Source: a virus (lineage: Duplodnaviria > Caudoviricetes). From it: 64,000 nucleotides of DNA. A program made the translations under genes and the position numbers. Below, in pieces: positions 18,959-28,177 of this stretch. The number at the start of each line of letters is the position of its first letter. Position 1 is the first letter of the stretch. The stretch spans positions 3,038 through 67,037 of IMG/VR virus record IMGVR_UViG_3300032030_000076. One strand, written 5' to 3'. The notes beneath the pieces were generated by a model, which saw nothing but the letters and a program-made list of their open reading frames with translations, made no database searches and was not told where the DNA came from.

Positions 18959-19558
18959 ATGAAGGCGCAGATTGTAAACAGCTTTGCGGAGGCGTTAAAA
19001 TGCGGCTCTGGCCTTTGCATAATCGACAGCGGATGGCCGTCGTTCGACGCGAGCGACCGCGCGTATTTTACGCCCGGAAGTGATAGGTACATTGAGGCGG
19101 AACGGCTGCCGCCGGACTGGCTCGCGCTTGTCGGCAAGACAGTTTGCGCAGACCGCACGACAGTCGGCACGATTGCCGATCTGCTGGAGGAACTGCCGCC
19201 GGACGTGGCCGAGAAATGGCGCGAGCTGTACGCGAACAGCGAAAGCGACGAAGGCGAACAGGCTTTGGACGCTTTCGAGGAGGCGCACAATATCAGGTGG
19301 TACGGCGAAGGGTATTACATCGACAACGGCGAAGGCGAAGAGAGCGACGATGTTGCCGCGCAATTCGCATTGGAAAACGCGACGCCCTCCGAATTGACCG
19401 CCGAACAGGAACGACAACGCCAGCGAGAGGAAATCGCCAGGCGCATCGTAAGGCCGTTGAAAGGCAACGGGGCCGTGAACGTGCAACCGCAATTCGACCT
19501 AGGCCAGACGTGGCAAATGGATCTGTTTGCTCCGATAATGGAGGAGGCCGCAAAATGA
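18959..19558 (+). CDS. Early acidic hypothetical protein (199 aa) with C-terminal QMDLF
   Basis: AAGGAGG RBS; ORF track. Confidence 0.7.
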   Translation: MKAQIVNSFAEALKCGSGLCIIDSGWPSFDASDRAYFTPGSDRYIEAERLPPDWLALVGKTVCADRTTVGTIADLLEELPPDVAEKWRELYANSESDEGEQALDAFEEAHNIRWYGEGYYIDNGEGEESDDVAAQFALENATPSELTAEQERQRQREEIARRIVRPLKGNGAVNVQPQFDLGQTWQMDLFAPIMEEAAK

Positions 19559-19719
19559 GCGAGAAAAGGCTTTATGTGGTGTTTACGCACGTCGGGCGTT
19601 TTGAGACATGGGCCACGTCGCCCCGGCGGGCAATCGCAAATGTCCGCTTCCGCCTCTTCCGCCGATCGCCTGCCGCAAGCAGGTACACATGGTCGTGGAC
19701 CGTGCGAGAGTGCGCATAG
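19555..19719 (+). CDS. Early hypothetical protein (54 aa)
   Basis: GGAGG RBS, ATGA overlap. Confidence 0.5.
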   Translation: MSEKRLYVVFTHVGRFETWATSPRRAIANVRFRLFRRSPAASRYTWSWTVRECA

Positions 19720-19771
19720 TCGCGCAACGAAGCAACAACGAAAATCAACCCAACGGAAAGGAACGCAACAA

Positions 19772-20173
19772 ATGAAGATGGATGACGTGTTAAAAAGGCT
19801 AAATGCCGACAATGAAACGTCCGCCCGCATCGTTGGATGCATCGACCGGCTGTCGCGCGAGTTCGCGACGCCCGACGCCTTCTTCCTCGCAAGCAAGGGC
19901 GAGCTGATGAAGGCGTATTTAAGGATCACGCCCGAGTCGAAGCGCGGCTTGGGCGAAAAGTTTTTCAGTGCGATGGCGAAGGCCGTCCGCCTGTGGAATA
20001 CGCCGGAGGAGGACAGGCCCGTTGCGCCGGACGTGACGTACCGCGACCCTCGCCTCGACGAGATCCTCACCGTGAACGAGGTGCTGCTGATCGCCGAGCT
20101 GATGGAGAAGTTCAAGAAGGCAGAAGTTTCCGTCGACTGGATTCTCGCACAGGTAAGGCTTGCGAGGGCGTAG
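19772..20173 (+). CDS. Early hypothetical protein (133 aa)
   Basis: AAAGGA RBS with A-rich leader; GC3-rich codons. Confidence 0.65.
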   Translation: MKMDDVLKRLNADNETSARIVGCIDRLSREFATPDAFFLASKGELMKAYLRITPESKRGLGEKFFSAMAKAVRLWNTPEEDRPVAPDVTYRDPRLDEILTVNEVLLIAELMEKFKKAEVSVDWILAQVRLARA

Positions 20174-20184
20174 TCAAACAAGAG

Positions 20185-20230
20185 GTCTACCGCATTTGCC
20201 ATTGTCAACGAATGGCAAATGTGGTAGACT
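20185..20230 (+). promoter_or_regulatory. Sigma70-type promoter embedded in a 19-bp inverted repeat
   Basis: TTGTCA (20202)-17 bp-TAGACT (20225); arms 20185-20203 and 20211-20229 match at 18 of 19 positions. Confidence 0.7.
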
Positions 20231-20258
20231 AGAAAAGCAAACAACCCAAAGAAGGAGA

Positions 20259-20528
20259 ATGAAAATGAAACTGAAATTCATGTGCGATGGTTGCCGTTCC
20301 GTGATTCGCGACGGCGACGAGGGTTTTGATGCGGGCGAATATTTTGCCGGTGTCATGGCGAGGCGTGAGTACGGTCGGCGCGGACATGTCGGCCCGTGCC
20401 GTCTTGATTCGTGGACGGAGGACGGACGTTGCGGCGAATACGAGGCGTTTATTGGCGTGTCGAACGGCAACGGGATGTCTGGTCACAATATTCGTTTTTC
20501 CGTCATAACGGAACGGGTAGAAGAATGA
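20259..20528 (+). CDS. Hypothetical protein (89 aa)
   Basis: AAGGAG RBS; MKMKLKFMCDGC. Confidence 0.6.
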   Translation: MKMKLKFMCDGCRSVIRDGDEGFDAGEYFAGVMARREYGRRGHVGPCRLDSWTEDGRCGEYEAFIGVSNGNGMSGHNIRFSVITERVEE

Positions 20529-20728
20529 AAACAACTAATCTTCACCGCGTCCGCTCCGCCGCCGGGAGGGCGGGCGCGCTATCCCGCTGGCAGGGCGAGA
20601 GCCGCGAGCCAACCGTCCAAGTGCGCGTGTTCGCAGACGACGCCGAATGGCTTAAGTCGCAGGACGGTACCGTCGCGCAAGCCGTGCGCAACATCCGCAA
20701 AGCAACCAACGAAAGGAAACAACCATGA
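20525..20728 (+). CDS. Small putative DNA-binding (ribbon-helix-helix-like) protein (67 aa)
   Basis: TVQVRVFADDAEWLK...VAQAVRNI pattern; ATGA coupling. Confidence 0.45.
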   Translation: MKTTNLHRVRSAAGRAGALSRWQGESREPTVQVRVFADDAEWLKSQDGTVAQAVRNIRKATNERKQP

Positions 20729-21186
20729 CAGACAACGAACAGGCCGAACAGACCGACCCGTCCGCACCTCCATCCCTTCCGACCATCCCGCCAGGACGCA
20801 AGCGCAGGTCAGTCGGAGGACGCAAGAAGGGAATCCAGAACGCGAAGATATACGAGTTCAAGGACCGCAAGGCGACCTGCGAGCGGCGCAGGCAGATCAT
20901 GAACGAGTATATTGCCACGCATCCTGACTTCACGACCCATCGCAACGGCGGTCGCGACCGTGGCGGGCACCACCCCGACACCGTGCGCTCCGGCGAGAAG
21001 CGAGTCGTGTTTCTGATGCTGGAGTCTACGCGCAACACGATCAAGCGTTGCGCCGAGTCCGACGGCATCACAGCCATCGAGTTCATGCACGAGCTGGCGG
21101 AGAGCATGCGGTCGAGCGGACGGTACGCCGCGCTGTTCGCGCCGGGCACGGAGAGCGGACAGGAACAGCAGACGGACGCGCAGTAG
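20725..21186 (+). CDS. Basic putative DNA-binding protein (153 aa)
   Basis: GRKRR/GGRKKG basic segments and an RHH-like C-terminal KRVVFLMLESTRNTIKRCAESDG. Confidence 0.5.
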   Translation: MTDNEQAEQTDPSAPPSLPTIPPGRKRRSVGGRKKGIQNAKIYEFKDRKATCERRRQIMNEYIATHPDFTTHRNGGRDRGGHHPDTVRSGEKRVVFLMLESTRNTIKRCAESDGITAIEFMHELAESMRSSGRYAALFAPGTESGQEQQTDAQ

Positions 21187-21203
21187 AACGTCCGCCAAAC
21201 AAC

Positions 21204-21254
21204 GCGAGGAGGCGTGTCCAGTCATCGGGGCGCGCCTCCTCGCTTCTTTTTTTT
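21204..21254 (+). terminator. Rho-independent terminator ending the early operon
   Basis: GCGAGGAGGCG...CGCCTCCTCGC stem followed by a T-run. Confidence 0.8.
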
Positions 21255-21384
21255 ACGCGCGCGCTGGTGCTTACGAATGCTCATGAGTAGTGCCAACATT
21301 GCGCCGTCGCTCGCGGCGATCGCCGAAAGCGCAGTTCACAATGTGCGGTTGCATTCGTCCTTTTTTTTGAGGGGGATTGTTTTG

Positions 21385-21576
21385 TCAGTATGAAATGGGT
21401 TTTCCGTTTGGTCGAAGCATCCGTCCACTGTGTGTGTCAAGTATCAAATTGCCGTTTTGCCCGGCTTTCTGATACCTTGGCGGACGAAGAAGAGCGGCAA
21501 CGATGATGATTGTTATGCCTATAATGGCCGCAATCACTATTGTTTTGTTGTTTTTTAGCCAGTCTTGGACATCCAT
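21385..21576 (-). CDS. Small membrane protein in the immunity operon (63 aa)
   Basis: Single TM segment IVIAAIIGITIIIVAALL; low GC; downstream of cI. Confidence 0.65.
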   Translation of the reverse strand: MDVQDWLKNNKTIVIAAIIGITIIIVAALLRPPRYQKAGQNGNLILDTHSGRMLRPNGKPISY

Positions 21577-21577
21577 T

Positions 21578-21952
21578 TCAGATTTCCTTTCGTTTAGCCT
21601 GGGTATAAAGATATTCTATCGCGGTTTCTAGAAAACGAAGATACGGGATAAAATCATTTTTTCTTGGCTTGCTTCCATCGGCCATGGTATAATCCCACGG
21701 ATGAAACCTCATGCGATCCTCTGATGATAATTGGTTTGGCGTATAGCCATGGAACAATATGGCATTTGCGAGGTATAGAACTGGCAGTCTGTCCCGTACC
21801 TTTAGCTTGTGATAATTTGGCATGTCATTCTTACGTCCAACGACTGCATTTAGGTATTCGATTAAAGCGGTAATCATCGTGTTGACGTCAACCTCGTCAC
21901 TTGCTTTGCATAACGAATTATTGAACCTGTCAATCAATTCTCTATTGTTCAT
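21578..21952 (-). CDS. Hypothetical lysogeny-expressed protein (124 aa)
   Basis: Low-GC ORF coupled to cI. Confidence 0.65.
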   Translation of the reverse strand: MNNRELIDRFNNSLCKASDEVDVNTMITALIEYLNAVVGRKNDMPNYHKLKVRDRLPVLYLANAILFHGYTPNQLSSEDRMRFHPWDYTMADGSKPRKNDFIPYLRFLETAIEYLYTQAKRKEI

Positions 21953-22338
21953 TTCGCGCCGTCCTTTTCTTTTCTCATCTTGGCAATGCCTTGGATGCCC
22001 TTCAGCATTTCCTCGTGTCCGTGTACTACGAGATCGAGGTAGCCATCGTATTTCTCAAGTTTACGTTCTGCCGCCAATGCACGCTCGCGCCATTCTGATT
22101 CCGGCAGACCTTCACTAGTCTCTTTCGTCTCGCTCACTCCAGCAAGCCAGTCAAGCGAACATCCGTGAGCTCGGCAGATCATTATCATCTGATCCAGCTT
22201 TGGCTCGTACCCGAGTCTGAAGTATCTGTCAACAATCGGCTGTTTTATGCCGCATTTGCGCGCAAATGCCGTGATCGACGCATCGCCTTTCAGCTCCCGG
22301 AGACGGGAGGTAATTTTTTTTTCATTTTTTATACACAT
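21949..22338 (-). CDS. CI-like HTH repressor (129 aa)
   Basis: XRE-type HTH SITAFARKCGIKQPIVDRY...ICRAHGCSLDWLAG; divergent from a cro-like gene. Confidence 0.8.
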   Translation of the reverse strand: MCIKNEKKITSRLRELKGDASITAFARKCGIKQPIVDRYFRLGYEPKLDQMIMICRAHGCSLDWLAGVSETKETSEGLPESEWRERALAAERKLEKYDGYLDLVVHGHEEMLKGIQGIAKMRKEKDGAK

Positions 22339-22343
22339 CGCTA

Positions 22344-22372
22344 TTGACCTCCAAACCGAAGTGTGTTATACT
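22344..22372 (+). promoter_or_regulatory. Strong rightward lytic promoter (PR-like)
   Basis: TTGACC-17 bp-TATACT with extended -10 TG. Confidence 0.8.
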
Positions 22373-22413
22373 TTGTTTCGTCTTTCACCAAAAAAGAGTT
22401 TACCACACACATT

Positions 22414-22689
22414 ATGAGTAAGGCAAGAGAAAAAGCCATGCCAACGCATACACACAAGTGTATGAGCCGCGCGCGCCCGCCAAAGCCCGCGGTGACAATC
22501 GACTCTACGGTTAGTGGACGCCTCATCATCGGCAACACCACAGCCGCCGCGAAGTGGCTGGGGATGCGCCAGCAGGACTTCTACCGCATCGTAAAGAACA
22601 TCCTGCGCCCGCCGAAGCGCGTGGTGGCGTACCAGAAGAAGGTCGATGCCGTCAAGGCGGCATACCCCGAACTGTTCAAGGAGGGCTGA
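22414..22689 (+). CDS. Cro-like regulator (91 aa)
   Basis: NTTAAAKWLGMRQQDFYRIV HTH-like motif; first gene after PR. Confidence 0.6.
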   Translation: MSKAREKAMPTHTHKCMSRARPPKPAVTIDSTVSGRLIIGNTTAAAKWLGMRQQDFYRIVKNILRPPKRVVAYQKKVDAVKAAYPELFKEG

Positions 22690-22819
22690 ATAAGACGCAG
22701 TTCTTTCGCAACCCCTTCGCCCCGAAGGTTAGTTGCGTTTCCGTAGGGGCCGCGAACGCCGGCGTATCAGGCGTGGCAGCACGGAGAGACGGCTTAAACG
22801 CAACAAAGGAAACGCAAAA

Positions 22820-23671
22820 ATGAAAAGCACAAAGAAAGAAGTCACGAGCGGGTACGAGACGATCACGCCGCAGAAGGCGCGCGAATATCTCGGCACATCG
22901 ATAGGCAACAGGCCGATCAAGGCCGCGAAGGTTCAGCTCTTCGCGCAGTACATGAAAGCCGGAGAGTGGAACAGGTACGCCCAGCCGATCTACTTCGACG
23001 AGGACGGGCGGCTGATGGACGGTCACACGCGGCTCAACGCGGTCGTGAAGTGCGGCGCGACGGTGGAGATGAACGTGGTGCGTAACTTCCCGAGGGTCGA
23101 ATGGAACAAGCTTAACAGCGGGAGCATCTGGACGGCGGGTGACTTCGCCGCCGCCAACGGCGTGAAGAACGCCAACTCGTCGATGTCCGCCGTGAAGATA
23201 CGCGAGGCGCTGAAGCGCGGACTTCGCATCGGCTCGATCAGCAGCGCGTCCAAAGGCAAGATTCAGGATCACGTCTGGACAAACGATGATTTTCTGCGGC
23301 TCTTCAACGCGGACAAGGACTGGCCGGAGGACATGGACTTCGCCGCCCTTCTCTACCGCCAGTGGTACGGGATCTCCATGTCGATGTGCGCAGGCATCCT
23401 CCACCACCTCGTCCACGACTGCAAGTGGCCGCGCGATTTCGTCTGCGACTTTTTCCGGCAGGTCTACACGCTCGAAGGGATCACGGCGAATACGCGCACG
23501 CTCCGCAAGCGCATCGACATGGACAGGACGGGCGGAGCGAAGCTCACGCCGAACTACGTCTGCACGTTGATCTGCAAGGCTTTCGAGGGATTCGCGACGA
23601 ACGTGCCGAAGTCGAAGCTCACGGTCTGCAACGTCTCCAACGTCATCAAGTTCCCCAGGAGGAAGGCGTGA
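22820..23671 (+). CDS. ParB/Srx N-terminal-domain protein (283 aa)
   Basis: GNRPI...PIYFDEDGRLMDGHTRLNA ParB-fold motif. Confidence 0.75.
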   Translation: MKSTKKEVTSGYETITPQKAREYLGTSIGNRPIKAAKVQLFAQYMKAGEWNRYAQPIYFDEDGRLMDGHTRLNAVVKCGATVEMNVVRNFPRVEWNKLNSGSIWTAGDFAAANGVKNANSSMSAVKIREALKRGLRIGSISSASKGKIQDHVWTNDDFLRLFNADKDWPEDMDFAALLYRQWYGISMSMCAGILHHLVHDCKWPRDFVCDFFRQVYTLEGITANTRTLRKRIDMDRTGGAKLTPNYVCTLICKAFEGFATNVPKSKLTVCNVSNVIKFPRRKA

Positions 23672-24591
23672 GGGAGCTGAAGACGAGACGGCTGTTCGCA
23701 GACCTCATCCCTCCGCTTTCCATCGAGGAGCGGGGGGAGCTGGAGAACAGCATAATGGACGAAGGTTGCCGCGATGCGATATGCGTTTGGAACGGCGTAA
23801 TCGTGGACGGACACAACCGATATGAAATCTGCAAACGGCGCGGGCGGGCGTTTCGCGTGAAAGAGATGGACTTCGCGAATGACGCCGAGGCCGTTGCGTG
23901 GATAATCCGCAACCAGTTCGCGCGGCGGAACCTGACCGCCATGCAGCGGGCCGAGTTGGCGTTGCGGATGAAAGACGCGATAGCCGAGGAAGCGAAGCAG
24001 AGGCAGATTCGCAAACCAAAATCTGTTGTGCCAACATTGGCACAACAGAAAGAGGGTAAGACCCGCGACGAGTTGGCGAAGATTGCCGGAGTTTCGCACG
24101 GCACGATTGCGAAGGTCGAGAAGATCGTCGCAAAGGCCGCGCCCGAAGTGGTAGAGGCCACGCGCAAGGGCGAAATGAGCATAAACGCGGCGTACAAGAC
24201 CATCATACCCTCTCCAGACGCGCAAGAAACGCCCTCTGGCGCGTCCGCGCTGGAAGCCGCAAATGACACGCCCGCGCCGAGCGGACGAGCCACGGCGCGG
24301 GAAATCGGCGTTTCTGCCGAGCCTGCCAATCCTGCCGTCCCAGTCCGCCGCATGAAGAACTGGGAGCGGTTCGCGAACCGCCACGAGGCGACAGCGGCGC
24401 ACGCCGCCGAGAAGGTCGTGTTCGGCTGCGGATGGGGCGAGATCGAATGGCTCTACATGGACTACATCCCGGACGAGCCGAGGATCGACTACCTCAAACG
24501 TCTTTCAAAACTCAGCATTTTGAAGAGCGAGGGGTTCAAGGAATTAAAGAGGCTTGAAAAGGCCGAAAAAGCAAAGAAGGAAGCCAGATGA
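23668..24591 (+). CDS. Second ParB-like domain protein with HTH (307 aa, GTG start)
   Basis: IPPLSIEERGELENSIMDEG...IVDGHNRYEIC...NQFARRNLT and TRDELAKIAGVSHGTI HTH. Confidence 0.8.
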   Translation: MRELKTRRLFADLIPPLSIEERGELENSIMDEGCRDAICVWNGVIVDGHNRYEICKRRGRAFRVKEMDFANDAEAVAWIIRNQFARRNLTAMQRAELALRMKDAIAEEAKQRQIRKPKSVVPTLAQQKEGKTRDELAKIAGVSHGTIAKVEKIVAKAAPEVVEATRKGEMSINAAYKTIIPSPDAQETPSGASALEAANDTPAPSGRATAREIGVSAEPANPAVPVRRMKNWERFANRHEATAAHAAEKVVFGCGWGEIEWLYMDYIPDEPRIDYLKRLSKLSILKSEGFKELKRLEKAEKAKKEAR

Positions 24592-24743
24592 ACACCAACG
24601 AAGAACGAAGGCCGTATACGATCCTGCTCACGGACACGGAAGTTGCCGCAGTCCGCGACATGACGAAGGTCGATGCCGTCGCCCCCGCCGTGGTGGCGGT
24701 CGTGCGCAAGGCGATGGAAGCCCACGAAAAGGGACTGGCGTAG
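24588..24743 (+). CDS. Small hypothetical protein (51 aa)
   Basis: Manual translation MNTNEERRPYTILL...; ATGA overlap. Confidence 0.5.
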   Translation: MNTNEERRPYTILLTDTEVAAVRDMTKVDAVAPAVVAVVRKAMEAHEKGLA

Positions 24744-24746
24744 GCG

Positions 24747-25118
24747 ATGTACGACTACTGGAACAGGGAGTTCGTGAACGAGCGGTTGCGGCTGGGATTC
24801 CGCCAGTCCTACCGTCTCGTTCCCGCAACGCCGTCGGGACGCATCCGTTCCGACAATATCCTGCTCCTGCTCAACCGCTCGCGCGTCGGCATACAGTCCG
24901 CAATCTCCGAACTGCCGTCAGACCTGCTCACGCCAGAGGAAACCGCCGCCCGCTTCGCGCAGTCAGGCATCACGCTCCGTGACCTGCGCAGGTGGACACG
25001 CCGTGCAAAGAAGGTCGCTCCGCACTTTCGCCTCAACCGCAACACGATCCGCTTCTCAGCCGCCATGCTAGACCGCTGGCTCTCGGAAAACTCAAGGCCG
25101 AAAGGAGCCTGCGCATGA
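24747..25118 (+). CDS. Excisionase-like winged-HTH protein (123 aa)
   Basis: LLTPEETAARF...HFRLNRNTIRFSAAMLDRWL resembles Xis/MerR-type HTH. Confidence 0.6.
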   Translation: MYDYWNREFVNERLRLGFRQSYRLVPATPSGRIRSDNILLLLNRSRVGIQSAISELPSDLLTPEETAARFAQSGITLRDLRRWTRRAKKVAPHFRLNRNTIRFSAAMLDRWLSENSRPKGACA

Positions 25119-25528
25119 CGGACAGCATCTCCGTACCGGCAGACCTTTGGAGAGACATCCGCGACTTCATTCTGCCGCGCGTCTCCCCTTGTAAGGAGTG
25201 CGTCCGTGGCAACCCGAACGCTTGCTGGAACGCAGACTGCGGCGCGTTCAAGTTCCGAAACCTCGCCCGTCGAATCGGCGCAGTCCAAAATGGCAACGCC
25301 CCTTCCAAGCCCCGCTACGTGCTCGTTGAGGACGAGATTCTTTCCGCGCTCGCGCTGTACGACAGGCCCGTGCCGCCGTCGCGCATCGTGCTTGAGACGA
25401 CGCGCTCCAAGGCCAACAAGCATTCAGCAGTCAAGCGGCTGATAAGGATGGGCCAGATAGTCGAGACGTTTGCGCCAAACGGATCACGCATGATTTCGCT
25501 CCCTCGCAAGGAGCGCAAAAACAGATAA
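25115..25528 (+). CDS. Hypothetical protein with Cys cluster and possible wHTH (137 aa)
   Basis: AAAGGAG RBS, ATGA overlap; CKEC...C...C motif. Confidence 0.55.
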   Translation: MTDSISVPADLWRDIRDFILPRVSPCKECVRGNPNACWNADCGAFKFRNLARRIGAVQNGNAPSKPRYVLVEDEILSALALYDRPVPPSRIVLETTRSKANKHSAVKRLIRMGQIVETFAPNGSRMISLPRKERKNR

Positions 25529-25549
25529 CAAGAACAAGAAAGAGACACC

Positions 25550-26533
25550 ATGAACAAGACACCAACACCTACCACGACGGCGGTCGCCGTCGCACAGCCG
25601 CAGGGCGGCACGGCCCTCGCGAACATCATCCCGATCAACAGCATTGAGGATGTTTCGCGCCTCGGAATCGCCGTCGCGAAGTCCGGCTGGTTCGGAAGCA
25701 TCACGCAATCCACCGGCGAAATGATCGCCATGACGATGTTGCAGGAGCGCATCAGCCCCGTGACGTTCAAGAAGAAGTATCACGTCATGGGCGACGGATC
25801 ACTGTCCGTCGCGTCCCGCGCAATCGTCAGCGCGTTCAAACGTCTCGGAGGCAAGATGAAGCTGCATGAGGTCAGCAAGGACAAGTGCGACATTACTTTC
25901 GTTTACGACGGAAACGAGCTTCGCCACACCGTGACGTTGCAGGAGTTTATCGACAACGGCGTCGCCGTCTCGTCCAAGACGGGCGCGCTGAAGGACAACT
26001 GGGCTAAGTTCTCCGGCGACATGCTCTACGCGAGGTGCTGCTCCTTCGCAATCCGCAAGGTCTGCCCGGAGGCGGATGACGGCCTGTACACCACGGAAGA
26101 AGTTGCCGACTTCGACGCCGCCCCGGCCGCGCCGCGCGAGCCCGTGAAGATCGACAAGTCCGAGGTCGTCTCGCGTCTTGCGAAGTCCGCCGCTCCAGCG
26201 CCGTCTGCGCCTGCCGCCGCGCCAGCGCAACCCGCCGAGGCCGAGGTAGTGGAGCCGGTCGCAATCGAGATGCCGTCGCCCGCGCAGAAGGAGAAGGTCG
26301 CCGCCGCAACGCAACCGCAACCCGCCGCCGCGCCTAATCCGTTCGCCGCAACGACAGAGGCCACGGTCTGTCCGATCGAGGGAAAGTTCTTCAATGTCCC
26401 CTTCACGGACATGGAGCCGGACATTCTGATGTACGTTCTCATGCCCGACACCTCGCAACGTCACCCCGAACTAACGCCCGCGCACGTCGAGGCCGCGAAA
26501 GCCGCCGCCCGCGCCAAGGGATTGGAGGTCTGA
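25550..26533 (+). CDS. RecT/Red-beta-like single-strand annealing protein (327 aa)
   Basis: DNWAKFSGDMLYARCCSFAIRKVCPEADDGLYTTEE matches the RecT-family C-terminal core motif. Confidence 0.7.
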   Translation: MNKTPTPTTTAVAVAQPQGGTALANIIPINSIEDVSRLGIAVAKSGWFGSITQSTGEMIAMTMLQERISPVTFKKKYHVMGDGSLSVASRAIVSAFKRLGGKMKLHEVSKDKCDITFVYDGNELRHTVTLQEFIDNGVAVSSKTGALKDNWAKFSGDMLYARCCSFAIRKVCPEADDGLYTTEEVADFDAAPAAPREPVKIDKSEVVSRLAKSAAPAPSAPAAAPAQPAEAEVVEPVAIEMPSPAQKEKVAAATQPQPAAAPNPFAATTEATVCPIEGKFFNVPFTDMEPDILMYVLMPDTSQRHPELTPAHVEAAKAAARAKGLEV

Positions 26534-26534
26534 C

Positions 26535-26834
26535 ATGAGCATGAACATTAAACCATGCCCTTTTTGCGGCAATGAAGAGCTAGAATTTGCACTACGCATT
26601 GAAACAGAACGAAAATTGTTTCAAGATACTCCAACATCGCAATTAATCGGTCAAATCAAATGCAATAAGTGTGGATGCGGTCTTTATAATAAGATCGAGA
26701 ACGATGTGATTGTTTTCGTGACAAAGTGTGATCAGAGTTCAATGACGTCAATCATTGACGACAAGATGCTTGCAATGTTTATCAGTTTCCGCGATGAAAC
26801 ATTTACAAAGTGGAATAACAGGAGCGCATTATGA
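26535..26834 (+). CDS. Lar-like (restriction alleviation) Zn-finger protein, low-GC moron (99 aa)
   Basis: IKPCPFCG...CNKCG...KWNNR; markedly AT-rich relative to neighbours. Confidence 0.65.
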   Translation: MSMNIKPCPFCGNEELEFALRIETERKLFQDTPTSQLIGQIKCNKCGCGLYNKIENDVIVFVTKCDQSSMTSIIDDKMLAMFISFRDETFTKWNNRSAL

Positions 26835-27493
26835 GCACGAACAATCTCCCCACCTTGCAGAACATGGTCGAGCTTTCCGTCGCGAAGGAGCTTGCCGACA
26901 CCACCGCCGCGCTCGCGCCCATCGTCGCGGTCGAAAACGATGCCGATGCGCGACGCGCGAAGAACGCCGTCAAGGCCGTGAAGGCCGTCGTGAAAGTAAT
27001 TTCCGAGGCTCGTCTCGCCGCAACGCGGCAGGCCGACGCGTGGAAGAAGAGCATCATCGCGCAGGAGCGCGAGTTCACCGCCGCCGCGAACGCGGAGATA
27101 AACCGCGTCGATTCGCTCGTCGGCGCGTATGTCGCCGCAAAGGAGCAGGCCGAGGCGGAAGCGCGGCGCGCCGAGGAAGAGCGCCGCCTTGCGGAGATTG
27201 CCGAGGCCCAGCGCATCGCCGAGGCCGAGGCCGCGTTGACCGGCAAGGAGATCGCCGTCCCCGTGCCGGTGGCCGAGCCGGAGCCGCAGAAGAAGTCTCC
27301 AATCGTGCAGGGCGTGACCACCCGCATGGTCTGGACGTTCGACATCGTGGACGCCGACGCCGTGCCGCGCGCCTACTGCGCTCCAGACGAGAAAGCCATC
27401 CGCGCCTACATGGACGCGGCCAAGAAGTCCGGCGCGTCCATCGAATCCCTGTCCATCCCCGGCGTGGCGTTCCGCAAGGAAATCCGCGTCTGA
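26831..27493 (+). CDS. Coiled-coil phage recombination-module protein (220 aa)
   Basis: Ala-rich coiled coil and C-terminal VPRAYCAPDEKAIRA...IPGV motif common in phage recombination modules. Confidence 0.6.
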   Translation: MSTNNLPTLQNMVELSVAKELADTTAALAPIVAVENDADARRAKNAVKAVKAVVKVISEARLAATRQADAWKKSIIAQEREFTAAANAEINRVDSLVGAYVAAKEQAEAEARRAEEERRLAEIAEAQRIAEAEAALTGKEIAVPVPVAEPEPQKKSPIVQGVTTRMVWTFDIVDADAVPRAYCAPDEKAIRAYMDAAKKSGASIESLSIPGVAFRKEIRV

Positions 27494-27583
27494 ATTTCTG
27501 GGCGGCGGTGCGGTGTCTCGCCGCCGCCCAGAACTACCAACAACAGCACCACATACAAACCAACCAAACGAAAGAACAAAACC

Positions 27584-28177
27584 ATGAGTACCACAACCAC
27601 AACCGCAACCACCCCGACCACGAACATCCCAGTGCCGAAGAAGAAGCAGTACGAAGACCTTTACGAAGGGCTTGCAACGATCACGTCCACCGACGCGACC
27701 GACCTGCGATTCACCGACGGGCTGACCGAAGAGGAGGCCGCCGCCGGATTCCTCGTTGTCCTGCGCGTCCAGCCCAAGGACGAGAAGATCTCTGCACAGA
27801 CCATCGAGCTTGAGTTCTCCGACCGCGAGTGCAAGCAGAAGGCGAACATCGGCAAGAAGCAGAAGGACGTGACGCGCGAGGAGCTGTTCGCGCACAAGCT
27901 GATTTCCGGCGCGGACGCTGCAAGCGCGAACGTCGCCGAGGTGTTCGACGAGTCCATTAAAGGCAAGGAAGTCATGATCCGAGTCACCAAGACCACCGAC
28001 CCGAACAAGGAGCCGGACAAGCAGGTGCGCGTGAACTGCTACCTGTCAAGCCGCCGCCCGTCCCTGTCCGCCGCCGAGCGCGCCAAGCGGATCGCGATGC
28101 TGACCGGCAAGCCCGTCCCCGCAGCGGCGAAACCGGCGCAAGCCGCCGCCGCGCCCGTCACGGCCAACCCGTTCTGA
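27584..28177 (+). CDS. Putative single-stranded DNA-binding protein (197 aa)
   Basis: Beta-rich core, Ala-rich tail ending NPF; replication-module position. Confidence 0.45.
   Translation: MSTTTTTATTPTTNIPVPKKKQYEDLYEGLATITSTDATDLRFTDGLTEEEAAAGFLVVLRVQPKDEKISAQTIELEFSDRECKQKANIGKKQKDVTREELFAHKLISGADAASANVAEVFDESIKGKEVMIRVTKTTDPNKEPDKQVRVNCYLSSRRPSLSAAERAKRIAMLTGKPVPAAAKPAQAAAAPVTANPF

Noticed and set aside
20190-20208. Leftward promoter in the palindrome (TTGACA on the minus strand)
   Set aside because: Spacing to the mirrored -10 element is only 13 bp.
27496-27534. 13-bp perfect hairpin as a terminator (similar stems near 6605 and 7508)
   Set aside because: No U-tract in the transcribed direction; more likely ordinary mRNA-stabilising or processing stems.
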